Below are positions 42,985 through 52,628 of a DNA stretch of 64,000 nt, in pieces; the first letter of the stretch is position 1, and each line of letters begins with the position of its first letter. Source of the stretch: a virus (taxonomy: Duplodnaviria; Caudoviricetes); the IMG/VR virus record IMGVR_UViG_3300036801_000102, positions 211 to 64,210 of that record; one strand, written 5' to 3'. The notes under the pieces were generated by a model, which saw only the letters and a program-made list of their open reading frames with translations, was not told the origin of the DNA and did not search any database. The translations under genes were made by a program, and so were the position numbers.

Positions 42985-44492
42985 CGTCAGACCAGAGCGC
43001 AGGACGGCGAGGCAGCAACGGCGCCTGGCACAACCCGTTCGAAGACGAGCAGGTCAGGGCCACGTGGGATGCGGTCCACAAAGCGCGCCCCGAAGTCATC
43101 AGCCACGTGAACGGCACAGAAGCGTCCGACGTACTCGACATCCCGCTCGCGGAAGTGGTCGACGCCTTCTACACCACAGCGGCCAAGATCCCGACCGCGC
43201 TGATCCCCCCGCAGCTCGCTGCCATGCTCGGACACTTCGAGCGCGGCGCATTCGCTGGCCGCGCAGGATCTAAACAGTTCCTCGAAGACGTCACCACGCT
43301 ATGGGCCGAATGCCGCGACAAAGCGACAGCCGAGGCTCGCGAGCGCCAGCAAGAAGCTAAGTATCGCGAGGCGCTGCTGAGCCGGACATCGGTCACCGCG
43401 CTGCTGAGCCGAGAGTTTCCGCCCGAAGTCGAGTTCCTCGGCTCGCTGGTAACACCCACCACCCGCACGTTCCTCGTCGGCCCAACTGGCGCCGGTAAGA
43501 CCATGGTCGCAATGGCAATGGCCGGCGGCATAGCGTCAGGGTTGGGCCTCCTCGGCTGGAGAACCCAAAGACCCGGTCGCGTCCTGTGGTTCGACGGCGA
43601 AATGCCGCTAGTCGTCATGCAACAACGGTTCAGGGAACTCGCCAGGAGCTACGGCTACAACGGCGAGTTTCCGGGCATTCACTTCGTGTCATGGCAGGAA
43701 GCCGACGGCCTGCTGCCCGACGCGAAATGGGCACCCCTGAACACCGCCGAGGGCCAGGAATTCATCCTAAAGCTCTGCGACCTAATCAAACCTGACGTGG
43801 TAATGTTCGATAACGTCCAATCCCTGATCGTCGGGGACATGAAAGACGAAGTGCCGTGGAACGATACCATGCCGCTGGTAATGGCGTTGACCGCACGGAA
43901 CATAGGCCAGGTCTGGTGCGACCACACCGGACACGACAGAACCCACCAATATGGCAGCAGCCGGAAGGCGTGGCCGTTCGATATCGTCGCCATGATCATG
44001 CCGCTCACTGCGCCGGAAGGCGAGCTGGCGCTAACTCTGTCATTCGATCCACCAGGCGGTAAGGCGCGCCAACGCACTCCGAGCAACTGGCGAGAATACG
44101 CACCCAAGACCATCCGCCTGCGAGATGGTGAATGGTCCTGGCTGCCAGCCGAACCCGGCGCCGAACAACCAAGCAAAGGTGGCCGGCCAATAAAGGACGC
44201 CACCGAACTGCTGCGTCGGACAATCTTCACCCTCGCCAGCGCTCCCGAAGTGCGCCCAACCGTCGTCCAAACCGGTATGCCAGCCGTGCACGCAATTTGG
44301 CTGGGAAACCTCAAACAGACACTTGTCGCCGAAGGATGGTTCACAGAGGACGTTGATTACGTGGCTGGGAAACTATCCAAGGGGTTTCCCAGCCTTACGA
44401 AAGGCGGTCGAAACCGGCTGGCAGAAGCTCTCAAGACATTGAAAAGACAGGGAATATGTGGCTACAACATAGAGCTAGTATGGCCAGCATAA
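42975..44492 (+). CDS. AAA_25 / RepA-like replicative helicase
   Basis: LVGPTGAGKT, VLWFDGEM, VVMFDN, DHTG.....YGS. Confidence 0.85.
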   Translation: MALTSDQSAGRRGSNGAWHNPFEDEQVRATWDAVHKARPEVISHVNGTEASDVLDIPLAEVVDAFYTTAAKIPTALIPPQLAAMLGHFERGAFAGRAGSKQFLEDVTTLWAECRDKATAEARERQQEAKYREALLSRTSVTALLSREFPPEVEFLGSLVTPTTRTFLVGPTGAGKTMVAMAMAGGIASGLGLLGWRTQRPGRVLWFDGEMPLVVMQQRFRELARSYGYNGEFPGIHFVSWQEADGLLPDAKWAPLNTAEGQEFILKLCDLIKPDVVMFDNVQSLIVGDMKDEVPWNDTMPLVMALTARNIGQVWCDHTGHDRTHQYGSSRKAWPFDIVAMIMPLTAPEGELALTLSFDPPGGKARQRTPSNWREYAPKTIRLRDGEWSWLPAEPGAEQPSKGGRPIKDATELLRRTIFTLASAPEVRPTVVQTGMPAVHAIWLGNLKQTLVAEGWFTEDVDYVAGKLSKGFPSLTKGGRNRLAEALKTLKRQGICGYNIELVWPA

Positions 44493-44602
44493 AGCATTGG
44501 CTGGGAAACCCCCATATAGTTTCCCAGCCAAATTTGCACCAGAGGCTGGAATTGGTTTGGGAAACCCCCCTAAAGGGGGGTTTCCCAGCCGAATCCCAGC
44601 CA
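44298..44602. repeat. Putative replication origin: GGCTGGGAAAC iterons in both orientations plus palindrome
   Basis: Copies at 44298, 44362, 44384(rc), 44498, 44519(rc), 44580(rc); TGGGAAACCCCCC-TAAA-GGGGGGTTTCCCA at 44558-44587. Confidence 0.7.
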
Positions 44603-44708
44603 AGCCAGAAAACCCAGGCCCAGCCAGTAGCCCGATACCGTCTGAACCCTTCCCCCCCGAACCAGGAACCGATTCACCAAAACCAGAACCCGTGAAAGGA
44701 ACCCCCTA

Positions 44709-45164
44709 ATGACCAATGACAACCCGATGCGCCGGCAACGCCGAAAGCTTCCTAGCAAAACGTCCGTCGCACCGTTCCCAGAGCTGATCGCTGAAATCGT
44801 CGATCATGCCCGCGCCGGGGACAACGTGTCAGACCACGTCCTGATCGGGCCAATCGTCCGTGGCGATGGCAGCGGGATGACTGCCGCAAATTATTTCATC
44901 ATCACGACCGGCGACGGCGCTACCGCTCGCTTCGACTGCGTCGGCGCTGATGATCGCGAGACCGTCGAGCAAATGCGGAACAGCGTCCTCGTCTGCCTGA
45001 TCGAACGCCGCCCGATAGTCATCCACGACTTCGACGACGAATTGCGGATGGCCGAAATGACCAGCACGCTGTGGCCATCCGACAAGGTCACCAGGATTAT
45101 TAACAGGCTCATCGCCGAACGCGCGCAATGGGAAGCAGACGGGATCGATCGCTTCCGCGACTGA
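44709..45164 (+). CDS. Hypothetical protein
   Basis: RBS AAGGA; coherent 151 aa ORF. Confidence 0.6.
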   Translation: MTNDNPMRRQRRKLPSKTSVAPFPELIAEIVDHARAGDNVSDHVLIGPIVRGDGSGMTAANYFIITTGDGATARFDCVGADDRETVEQMRNSVLVCLIERRPIVIHDFDDELRMAEMTSTLWPSDKVTRIINRLIAERAQWEADGIDRFRD

Positions 45165-45269
45165 CATCACGCAATGGGAAAGGAAACACGCATGCGTGAT
45201 CGGGCGTGGAATGTGCCGCAGGTCTGGTGCACAATGCCGCAAGGCGCTCAGCGCACTAAGGCATGACCA

Positions 45270-45524
45270 ATGATCACAACCACAACCGAAGCCCCAAGCC
45301 TCGAAGCCATAGGTCAGGACTGGATCGTCGTCGGCTACAGAATCCTGCCCCACGCGCCAGCTCAGATGGCTACATGGCAATACACCTTCGGCCCCAGCAA
45401 AGCGGCCATCGCAGCCTTCCACCACGCCCGCGACAGAGGCAACATCGTCACCGTCCAGGGACCAGGCGCAATCCTCTACGCCAAGATCGCCGCATCCCAG
45501 CGGCTGGGAGGCAGCAAGAAGTGA
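45270..45524 (+). CDS. Hypothetical protein
   Basis: Coupled to the next gene (GTGA). Confidence 0.5.
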   Translation: MITTTTEAPSLEAIGQDWIVVGYRILPHAPAQMATWQYTFGPSKAAIAAFHHARDRGNIVTVQGPGAILYAKIAASQRLGGSKK

Positions 45525-45766
45525 CCAACCGTGTCGCAGGCCATGAGTTCGAAGGCGTCGCTTCCGATCGACGCTGCATGCGCGCCCTCAACGACGGCTC
45601 AGTGTGCGGCAAAGCGTGGTACGATGTGCGCACCGCAACCGCCGAAGATATCGGCAAACCAGAAAAAGCCTGCCATCCAAACCTTACCGCAGGGGAATTG
45701 AGCGAAATCCATGCCGAGCTGAAGCGCGAAGAGGTTCTGGCAACGATAATGGTGGGCAGATGGTAA
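45521..45766 (+). CDS. Hypothetical Cys/His protein
   Basis: GTG start overlapping the upstream stop. Confidence 0.5.
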   Translation: MTNRVAGHEFEGVASDRRCMRALNDGSVCGKAWYDVRTATAEDIGKPEKACHPNLTAGELSEIHAELKREEVLATIMVGRW

Positions 45767-46200
45767 GTGTTGTCATTGATAATACGCCGACAACTGTAGT
45801 CAGTTGGATCAAGGTTCCAACATCCGGTCCGTGGGATCTTGCAACGCAAAGCAATCCAATTGGTGTCAGTATTAACGGAAATGTCTATCACGTCATTGGA
45901 ACTCAGTCCGATGGCAATATCGCTTCTGGTGGACGTATGCTGTTAACCAGCACGCCAGTGGCCGCTGCTGATAATAGGTGGGGATTGGTCGCCACTTTGG
46001 TAGCTCCTTTAGGGACGGTGGTAAAGGGCTCGCTTTCATTGACGGAGCCAGCGGAAATAGCGCTGGCAAGCTTGGCATTGGATCAGCAAATAGTAATACT
46101 GGAGGGGCCAGATGTTCTGCATGCGCGAGGTCGGGTAAGGCCACAGAGGGTTAGGGAAAGGGCAGATATTCTCCGTGCGCGAGCTATAATTGGTACATAG
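45760..46200 (+). CDS. Hypothetical protein
   Basis: ORF on the operon strand, lower GC. Confidence 0.4.
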   Translation: MVSVVIDNTPTTVVSWIKVPTSGPWDLATQSNPIGVSINGNVYHVIGTQSDGNIASGGRMLLTSTPVAAADNRWGLVATLVAPLGTVVKGSLSLTEPAEIALASLALDQQIVILEGPDVLHARGRVRPQRVRERADILRARAIIGT

Positions 46201-46272
46201 GGAGAGTTGCATGGACCAACGAGTTCGTGGAATGACTACAGTCGATGAGTTTCTGGGAATTGGACACTGGAA

Positions 46273-46812
46273 GTGAGCGAAAGTCCTAATCGTGGTGGTC
46301 GCCCTACTCGGTACACGCCGATTCAAGCAGAAAGGATCTGCTGGCAGCTCACTGAGGGTCTGTCATTATACCAAATCTGTGCTAAGGATGAATTTCCATG
46401 CGTCGCAACCGTATTCAATTGGTTGAATAAATATCCAAAGTTTGTAGAGCAATACGCGCGCGCGAGAGAGATTCAGGCGCATTATTATGCTGGGAAACAG
46501 TTAGAAGTTGCAAACGAAGCGTATGATAGTGACAGTGCTTCTGCGGCTCGCGTTAAGGCAGAGGCACTGCGCTGGATGGCCGGCAAGCTATTACCAAAGG
46601 TGTATGGCGACAAACTGTTGCATACTGGAGCTGATGGGACTGGGCCTATTCAGCATCATATGAAGCTGGATCTGTCGTTGTTGAGCGAGGCTGACTTGGT
46701 GGCGTGGAGGCAGCTGGTTGACAAGGCGACGCCGCGGAAGTTGGCAGCGCCTGGCGTGGAGATCGAGGGCGATGTAGTGGAGGCAGGCGTTACGGAGGTT
46801 GATGATGACTGA
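46273..46812 (+). CDS. terS: Terminase small subunit
   Basis: GGRPT.YT....E.IC..L.EG.SL..IC....P...TVF.WL...F.EQYARARE; W.AGKL.PK.YGDK. Confidence 0.85.
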   Translation: MSESPNRGGRPTRYTPIQAERICWQLTEGLSLYQICAKDEFPCVATVFNWLNKYPKFVEQYARAREIQAHYYAGKQLEVANEAYDSDSASAARVKAEALRWMAGKLLPKVYGDKLLHTGADGTGPIQHHMKLDLSLLSEADLVAWRQLVDKATPRKLAAPGVEIEGDVVEAGVTEVDDD

Positions 46813-47263
46813 AATGATCCCTCTGACAGTAGGTTGGTGCTACAGCACTAAGTGTGGTGCTGGAGGTGTGGTTTTCATCGGCGAGCTGCCGACCAATTGT
46901 ACGGTCTGCGGGAGTCCTTTGTGGAGACTGCCAATACTCCAGCGCTGGTCTCCGGAGCCTGCCTGGCCAGATCAGCCGCAGGGCGGCGTGGTGATGAACG
47001 CTCCTACCAGTTACCACATCAAGCGCTGGCCTGTGGCGGAAGAGAGCGTGGTGACCGGGCCAGTTCAGGGCGACGTGGAGGACGCTCCAGGAGGCGGGCC
47101 AGATCCGGTCGACGTGGTGATCGAGCAGCTTGGCAAGCGCATTGTCCCGCCGCCCGCGCGCACGAGGCTGCGTGACGCTCTGGACCGGGCTGACAAGCCT
47201 CTGGGCGGGCGTGAGGCTGCTGACGAGGCGATGGGTCGGGCCATCCGGCTGGGACGCCCATGA
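46799..47263 (+). CDS. Hypothetical zinc-ribbon protein
   Basis: C....C...CTVCG; coupled. Confidence 0.5.
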   Translation: MMMTEMIPLTVGWCYSTKCGAGGVVFIGELPTNCTVCGSPLWRLPILQRWSPEPAWPDQPQGGVVMNAPTSYHIKRWPVAEESVVTGPVQGDVEDAPGGGPDPVDVVIEQLGKRIVPPPARTRLRDALDRADKPLGGREAADEAMGRAIRLGRP

Positions 47264-47487
47264 CAACCGTCGAAGATGCGCTGCGTGACTTGTTGGCAAA
47301 TTTGGTGGCGGCTGTCAGCTTGCTTGAACGCGGATCAAAGAAAGCTGCGCCATCTGACAAAATGTTTGATCAGATGATCGTTGACTACAAACGTTCGATA
47401 GCGCGCGGGCGTGTATTTCTGGGTATGGGAAGTCAGGATGATCCTGCTGACCGCGGAGATTTAGATGACCATTCTTACACGTCCTGA
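47260..47487 (+). CDS. Hypothetical protein
   Basis: ATGA coupling. Confidence 0.55.
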   Translation: MTTVEDALRDLLANLVAAVSLLERGSKKAAPSDKMFDQMIVDYKRSIARGRVFLGMGSQDDPADRGDLDDHSYTS

Positions 47488-47800
47488 CGACGGCCTGGCC
47501 AAGCCGGAGACCAAGCCAGACGACGAATGGAAAACAGCGCCAGTCCGGATGTCGGTGCAGCTGGCCAATGCGCTTGTCACCAGTGCGCCGCTGAGTGTCG
47601 AGGAGATGCATGTGATGCGCGTGCATTTCATAGCACTGGTAGCGCTGCTCGACGTGAGCGGTCCAATGTTCTCCTCGATGCGTCGGCAGGCGGTTGACAT
47701 GCACAATAAAGTGGTGCGTCGGATTAACGGCGTGGCGGACGAGGTTCGTCGGCGGGCGCTGATGGAAGATCCTGATCGGCTGCTGGAGATAGATCGGTGA
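47465..47800 (+). CDS. Hypothetical protein
   Basis: RBS GGAG; coupled. Confidence 0.55.
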   Translation: MTILTRPDDGLAKPETKPDDEWKTAPVRMSVQLANALVTSAPLSVEEMHVMRVHFIALVALLDVSGPMFSSMRRQAVDMHNKVVRRINGVADEVRRRALMEDPDRLLEIDR

Positions 47801-48132
47801 GAAATAAGGGATTGGGCAAAAAGCGGGCCGTTAAGCAGTCATCTGGTGATACTGTCAGCCGTCGCTTGAGTCCTCGTTTGATGAAGACTCCAGCGATAGA
47901 CCCATCTAGTTTGGATGCACGTAATCGTAGAATTGCTTTTCTGGAGCGCGAGGTTCTGAAGTTGGAAGCCGAGAATGCCAGAATGAAGGTAATGATCGAA
48001 GAGATGGGAACGGATTCGGCTGAGAAGGCAATTATATCTGCGGTCAAGGCGTCTGGATTGATTGATAAGCTACGTGATGCTCTCAAATTTGGTGAGGAAT
48101 TTTCTGCGCAGATATCCGCGCGACTCACCTGA
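47797..48132 (+). CDS. Hypothetical coiled-coil protein
   Basis: RIAFLEREV.KLEAENA heptads; GTGA coupling. Confidence 0.5.
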   Translation: MRNKGLGKKRAVKQSSGDTVSRRLSPRLMKTPAIDPSSLDARNRRIAFLEREVLKLEAENARMKVMIEEMGTDSAEKAIISAVKASGLIDKLRDALKFGEEFSAQISARLT

Positions 48133-48258
48133 TGATACTGTCAGTCGCTTAGCGCTGGTAGCGCTGCTCGATGTGAGTGGTTACCTTTTCCACCGCGGAA
48201 GCGGAAGCGGGATTGGTGGGATTGGCTGGATTGGCTGCCTCGTCTTCGCTCTTGAGCC

Positions 48259-48624
48259 GTGAGGTTTCTCCGCTTGGTAGTTGTCATTGTCGTAGTCCTG
48301 CTGGGTTTCGCTCTATCCTACGCAGCGCTTGCTGCTCCGCCTCCCGGTGCAGACCCGAACTCGCCACAAGCTCAATGGTATGAGGGCCTAAGACAACCTG
48401 ACAGCGGTGCTTCGTGCTGCTCGATCGCGGACTGTCGGCCGGTTCAGCAATGGCGTATGGTCGGGGATCATTACCAGATTTGGTATCACAACGGGTGGCT
48501 CGATGTTCCGCCGACCAAGGTAGTGCATGGTCATGACAACCCAACTGGCGAGGCGGTTGCGTGCGTCATGAGTCTGGCAGGCAATGACTACGTGCTGTGC
48601 TTTGTGAAGGGAAGTGAGACGTGA
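48259..48624 (+). CDS. Secreted Cys-rich protein
   Basis: Signal peptide; WY..L.QP..G.SCC..ADC, NPTG.AV.C, LCFV. Confidence 0.65.
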   Translation: MRFLRLVVVIVVVLLGFALSYAALAAPPPGADPNSPQAQWYEGLRQPDSGASCCSIADCRPVQQWRMVGDHYQIWYHNGWLDVPPTKVVHGHDNPTGEAVACVMSLAGNDYVLCFVKGSET

Positions 48625-48715
48625 TGTCGATGGTTGCAGCGACGTTTTTAGGGCTTGCATTGATTGGCGGTTGCGCGTGGATCATCATGTGGATTCACCG
48701 GCTTCAATGGCCTAA

Positions 48716-50275
48716 ATGAACCGTCCGGACTTCACAGAGCAGTTTGGCGATGTGCTCGACAAGGAGTTGGCCGAGCGGAGCCTGTATGCGTTCGTCAAGT
48801 TGTTGTGGCATGCGGTTGAGCCGGAGACGCCGTTCATTGATGGGTGGGTGATCTATGCAATCTGCAAGCATTTGCAGGCGGTATCAGAAAGGAAGATTCG
48901 CCGACTATTAATAAACGTGCCGCCAGGCTTCTCGAAAAGTCTCTGTTCAAATGTCTTCTATCCGGCGTGGGAATGGGGACCACGCCGTCGTCCGCATTTG
49001 CGATATGTCACAGCGTCATATTCGTCTGGGCTGACCGAGCGCGACAATACCAGGATGCAGCAGGTTGCTCTGAGTGAACTGTATCAGCGCTACTGGGGCG
49101 ATGCGTTCAATGGTAAACCGAACATCGTCAAATTCTCGAACAATCGCACTGGCTGGAAGCTAGCAACGTCTGTCGGTGGTATTGGAACCGGGGAACGTGG
49201 TGATCGGGTAATAATCGATGATCCTAATAACGTGAAGGTTACTGAGTCCAAGATTGTTCGCGAATCGACAAATCAATGGCTTCGCGAGGTTATGCCAACG
49301 CGTCTGAACTCGCCGACAAAGTCAGCGGTTATTTGCATTCAGCAGAGGACGCATGAGGAGGATGCAAGCGGGACGTTGTTGAGCGGCAAGCGTCATTGGT
49401 GTCACGTCATGGTACCGATGCGGTATGATCCGGATCGGCATTGCACGACGTACACGGATGATGGGACGCCGTTTTGGTCTGATCCGCGGCGAGTGCCTGG
49501 CGAATTGGCGTGGCCCGAGCGCTTCCCGATGCGAGAGGTGCAGCTGCTTGAGGGCGACCTGGGCGAGTATGCGACTGCCGGGCAGTTCGCGCAGATGCCG
49601 ATGCCTAGAGGCGGCGGCATCATCAAGCGGGATTGGTGGCAGATTTATGGGCCAGATGACCCGATTGCTGCTGCGCTGAAATTCCCAGCATTCTCGTTCG
49701 TGCTTGCTTCGCTTGATACGGCCTATACGGCGCAGGAGGAGAACGATCCTAGCGCGCTAGTGGTCATGGGCGTCTGGACCCATCCGGACACAGGCTATCA
49801 GCAGGTGATGCTGATCTATGCTTGGCATGAGCGGCTGGCGCTGCATGATCTGGTTCAGCGGGTGGCGTATACGTGCGACAAGTATCGAGTGGATCGGCTG
49901 TTGATTGAGAACAAGGCTGCGGGGCATTCGGTGCAGCAGGAGCTACGGCGTTTGTTTGCCGGGGCGCAATGGGGTGTGCAATTCACTGATCCGACGCGGC
50001 TTGGTGAGAAGGAAGCGCGGGCGCATTCAGTGAGCCACATTTTCGAGGAGAAGATGGTTTACCGACCGAATACTGAATGGGGCCTCATGGTCGAAGACGA
50101 GATATCCATTTTCCCGCGAGGCTCGCATGACGATTTTTGTGACGCTGTATTTCAGGGGCTGCGGATGCTGCGTGACAACGGGTTGCTGAGTCGCAAGCAA
50201 GAGCAGCGAGAGCAGGAGCGTAGCTTGGCGGAGTATCGGTCGAAGGGGCAGCGTCGGGCGCTGTATGCAGCATAG
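48716..50275 (+). CDS. terL: Terminase large subunit
   Basis: LLINVPPGFSKS (Walker A), VIIDDP (Walker B), IQQR.HE.D, SLDTAY, IENKAAG, HDDFCDA (nuclease). Confidence 0.93.
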   Translation: MNRPDFTEQFGDVLDKELAERSLYAFVKLLWHAVEPETPFIDGWVIYAICKHLQAVSERKIRRLLINVPPGFSKSLCSNVFYPAWEWGPRRRPHLRYVTASYSSGLTERDNTRMQQVALSELYQRYWGDAFNGKPNIVKFSNNRTGWKLATSVGGIGTGERGDRVIIDDPNNVKVTESKIVRESTNQWLREVMPTRLNSPTKSAVICIQQRTHEEDASGTLLSGKRHWCHVMVPMRYDPDRHCTTYTDDGTPFWSDPRRVPGELAWPERFPMREVQLLEGDLGEYATAGQFAQMPMPRGGGIIKRDWWQIYGPDDPIAAALKFPAFSFVLASLDTAYTAQEENDPSALVVMGVWTHPDTGYQQVMLIYAWHERLALHDLVQRVAYTCDKYRVDRLLIENKAAGHSVQQELRRLFAGAQWGVQFTDPTRLGEKEARAHSVSHIFEEKMVYRPNTEWGLMVEDEISIFPRGSHDDFCDAVFQGLRMLRDNGLLSRKQEQREQERSLAEYRSKGQRRALYAA

Positions 50276-50283
50276 ATCGGGGT

Positions 50284-50619
50284 TTAGGAGTGTTCGCCGT
50301 AGCGAGCTAAAATGGCTCGCGCCATGGCAAGTGCTTCTATACGGTTCCTTGCTTCGGTGATCTCTTCTCGTGTTAGCCGCTCCTCGCATTCCGCCGGGGT
50401 CTCAGGCCGCCAGTAAGAAATCCTTAGAGTCATGTCGCCATCGCCATTGCTGTCGATATCGCACCTTGCCTTATCTCGATATTCTGCGGGAATTTCCGCC
50501 AGCTTTGCATTGAACCAATGGACAACATCCTTGAGTTTTGTGTCATAGTTGAACGGCCAATCCGGATCATACTGCTCTGAGTTGAACACCGTGACCTTAA
50601 CTGTAGATTGCTTGGTCAT
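50284..50619 (-). CDS. Hypothetical phage protein
   Basis: RBS GGAG before ATG; IPAEYR...RPET..E motif. Confidence 0.6.
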   Translation of the reverse strand: MTKQSTVKVTVFNSEQYDPDWPFNYDTKLKDVVHWFNAKLAEIPAEYRDKARCDIDSNGDGDMTLRISYWRPETPAECEERLTREEITEARNRIEALAMARAILARYGEHS

Positions 50620-50652
50620 GTTTGTCTCCGGGGGATCATCCATTGGATTCAA

Positions 50653-50796
50653 GTGATCGAGTGAGCGGGGGGACTTTTCCCGATATGTAGTCGGGCCATA
50701 GAGGGCGTGGTCTGGCACCACCCATACTGACCTCGGGACGCGCTGAGTCCCCGTTAACGCGCAGCAACCGATTTGCATCGCCGCTCGCTCCATCAC
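50653..50796. ncRNA. Candidate multibranch structured RNA (~144 nt)
   Basis: 16-bp closing stem, stacked GGGGACT/AGTCCCC stem and at least three internal hairpins; family not recognised. Confidence 0.4.
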
Positions 50797-51066
50797 GTGT
50801 GGCCGTCTCTCATCGGCGCGAAGATAGAAGAAGGTTATGTACCGGCTGCATAGTCTACCGCACAGTCTTCGCAGCAGAAATGACGGTTCCCCTCAGTGAA
50901 CCACCCAGCATGCATCATTCTAGATGATAAAAGCCGATTGTCTCATGTGCCTCTGGCCAGAGGAGTCATGCTGAATGCCTCACTATGCTGGCATTGATCG
51001 CATTCAACCGGCTGTATAGGATCTAGAATCATGGTTCCGCCTCCGACTCATGTTCTGAAGACTGTT

Positions 51067-51255
51067 TCACTGTCGATACGCCGGGTTGATGACGCCAGCC
51101 TTCAAAAGCTCGATCATCACTACATCAACTGCAACACGCGCAAATGTCTCCGGCGTAATCGATCCTGGTGCTGCATCCACTGCTATCGCTTTTATGGTCT
51201 TCCACACAGCAGTGTATAGCGCATTTCGTTCAACGATGTCCTGTGTATCAGCCAT
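51067..51255 (-). CDS. Hypothetical protein
   Basis: Plausible helical 62 aa ORF with AAGG RBS. Confidence 0.45.
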   Translation of the reverse strand: MADTQDIVERNALYTAVWKTIKAIAVDAAPGSITPETFARVAVDVVMIELLKAGVINPAYRQ

Positions 51256-51469
51256 TTTATGTTGCCTTTCAGTTCTGCGTTGGTTGCCTCATGTCCGTCT
51301 CCGGAGTTTCAGTGCCACGCTGGTAATCCACCCCAAGCACTGATTGACACACCTTGCCGCCCCCGCGGTGCTGGTGTCAACAACAATGTTGACATTTGTT
51401 GTCGCTTCCCTTATTTGGAGGCTGCTGGATCGATCTCGGTGTCTCGCGGTGTGTGGAAATGGTGACCCT

Positions 51470-51688
51470 ATGAACGATCTAACGTCAAATGACATGCTCG
51501 CATTGGCCCACCTGTTCAGCTTGGCCGTAACCGACGGTGTGAGGCCGCGTCTGTCTCCTGATAAAGTCTTTGTGCTCGTCCCGGTGGACCTTTGTGGACA
51601 GTTGGCGCGCTTCCTTTTTGCTGAAAGCATTCGCGCCGGAGACCGCATCATCGGGAAGCTGAACGTCGTTGAAGAGGATGACCGCTGA
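51470..51688 (+). CDS. Hypothetical protein
   Basis: First ORF of a rightward small-gene cluster. Confidence 0.45.
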   Translation: MNDLTSNDMLALAHLFSLAVTDGVRPRLSPDKVFVLVPVDLCGQLARFLFAESIRAGDRIIGKLNVVEEDDR

Positions 51689-51700
51689 GGCGAGGTCACT

Positions 51701-51877
51701 ATGGCAAAGAGTGATCATATTGGGTTCCGGCTGGAGTCCAAAGAGCTAGAAGCTCTGAAGCGCGCGGCGCAAGCGGACCACCGTAGTGTGTCTTCTTTGG
51801 CCAGGATGGTGCTGGTGGAATGGCTACGTAAGAACGGAATGCTTGAGGCTGAGCGGCGGCAGGAAGGAGCAGGTTGA
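51701..51877 (+). CDS. Ribbon-helix-helix DNA-binding protein (not in the ORF track)
   Basis: IGFRLESKELEALKRAAQADHRSVSSLARMVLVEWL; RBS GAGG. Confidence 0.75.
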   Translation: MAKSDHIGFRLESKELEALKRAAQADHRSVSSLARMVLVEWLRKNGMLEAERRQEGAG

Positions 51878-51915
51878 AAATGAACGTTAAAGGAGCAGGT
51901 TGAAAATGAACGTTA
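51864..51915 (+). repeat. Perfect 26-bp tandem duplication containing RBS and ATG
   Basis: AAGGAGCAGGTTGAAAATGAACGTTA x2. Confidence 0.9.
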
Positions 51916-52073
51916 TGACCCTTGTCGGCTGGTCGCTCTATGGAATTTCCACTCTTTGTTTTGTGATATTTGCAGCTCTGAGTGAAACGCCCCACGTCGC
52001 ATTTTTGGTATTCGGTTTGTTTGCAGGTTTTGCAGCTGTGATTGTCGGCATTAATAAGGGCTGGCCAATATGA
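51906..52073 (+). CDS. Small two-TM membrane protein (not in the ORF track)
   Basis: 55 aa, two hydrophobic segments, ATGA-coupled to 52070. Confidence 0.5.
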   Translation: MNVMTLVGWSLYGISTLCFVIFAALSETPHVAFLVFGLFAGFAAVIVGINKGWPI

Positions 52074-52276
52074 GTGAAGATCAGCCCCAGCGTCCCGAGA
52101 CGGCCGGAGTGAATATCGTTGTCACCAAAAATCCTGATGGGTACGTGACTGTAGACCTGACTATTGAGGACAAGACATTCTATGTCGAAATCGGAGAGAC
52201 GAAATACAGCGGTTATCTGAAAGGCATGCAACCAGAGACGGTCTACTTTGAAGGTGATACTGATGCAGCAGAATGA
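52070..52276 (+). CDS. Hypothetical protein
   Basis: Coupled small ORF. Confidence 0.5.
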   Translation: MSEDQPQRPETAGVNIVVTKNPDGYVTVDLTIEDKTFYVEIGETKYSGYLKGMQPETVYFEGDTDAAE

Positions 52277-52628
52277 AAACCCAACCGCCAAGGCAGAGGC
52301 TGCCGTAAGACGTTGGATAGAATGGGCCGGCAACGGTCCTGTGCCGTGCGACCAAGTGGTCGCCGACGTGGTGGAAGCATACGCTAGTGCCCTGATCCCG
52401 CAAGGCTCTTGGTTCCCAATAGCATCATTGCCGGAAGGCAGACACGTCATGCTCTATTGGCCACACGGAGAGCGAGGCGGTGGTGGGGTTGAGTGTGCGA
52501 CGGTCTTTCGCGATGGCGACACATGGAGCTACTGGACGCATGGCGGCCCGAACGCGGGGAGCGACTGGGAACCGCGTGATGACGAGAAGCCGACTCTCTG
52601 GAAGCCCATTCAGGAACCTCCGAAATGA
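52263..52628 (+). CDS. Phage protein with DUF551-like W.PI..P...PT.W.P motif
   Basis: WFPIASLPEG...KPTLWKPIQEPP. Confidence 0.6.
   Translation: MQQNENPTAKAEAAVRRWIEWAGNGPVPCDQVVADVVEAYASALIPQGSWFPIASLPEGRHVMLYWPHGERGGGGVECATVFRDGDTWSYWTHGGPNAGSDWEPRDDEKPTLWKPIQEPPK

Noticed and set aside
50653-50796. Cobalamin riboswitch or T-box identity for the structured element
   Set aside because: Only fragments (TGCAAATC, GGGTGGTGCC) resemble them; B12-box and UGGNACC consensus are absent.
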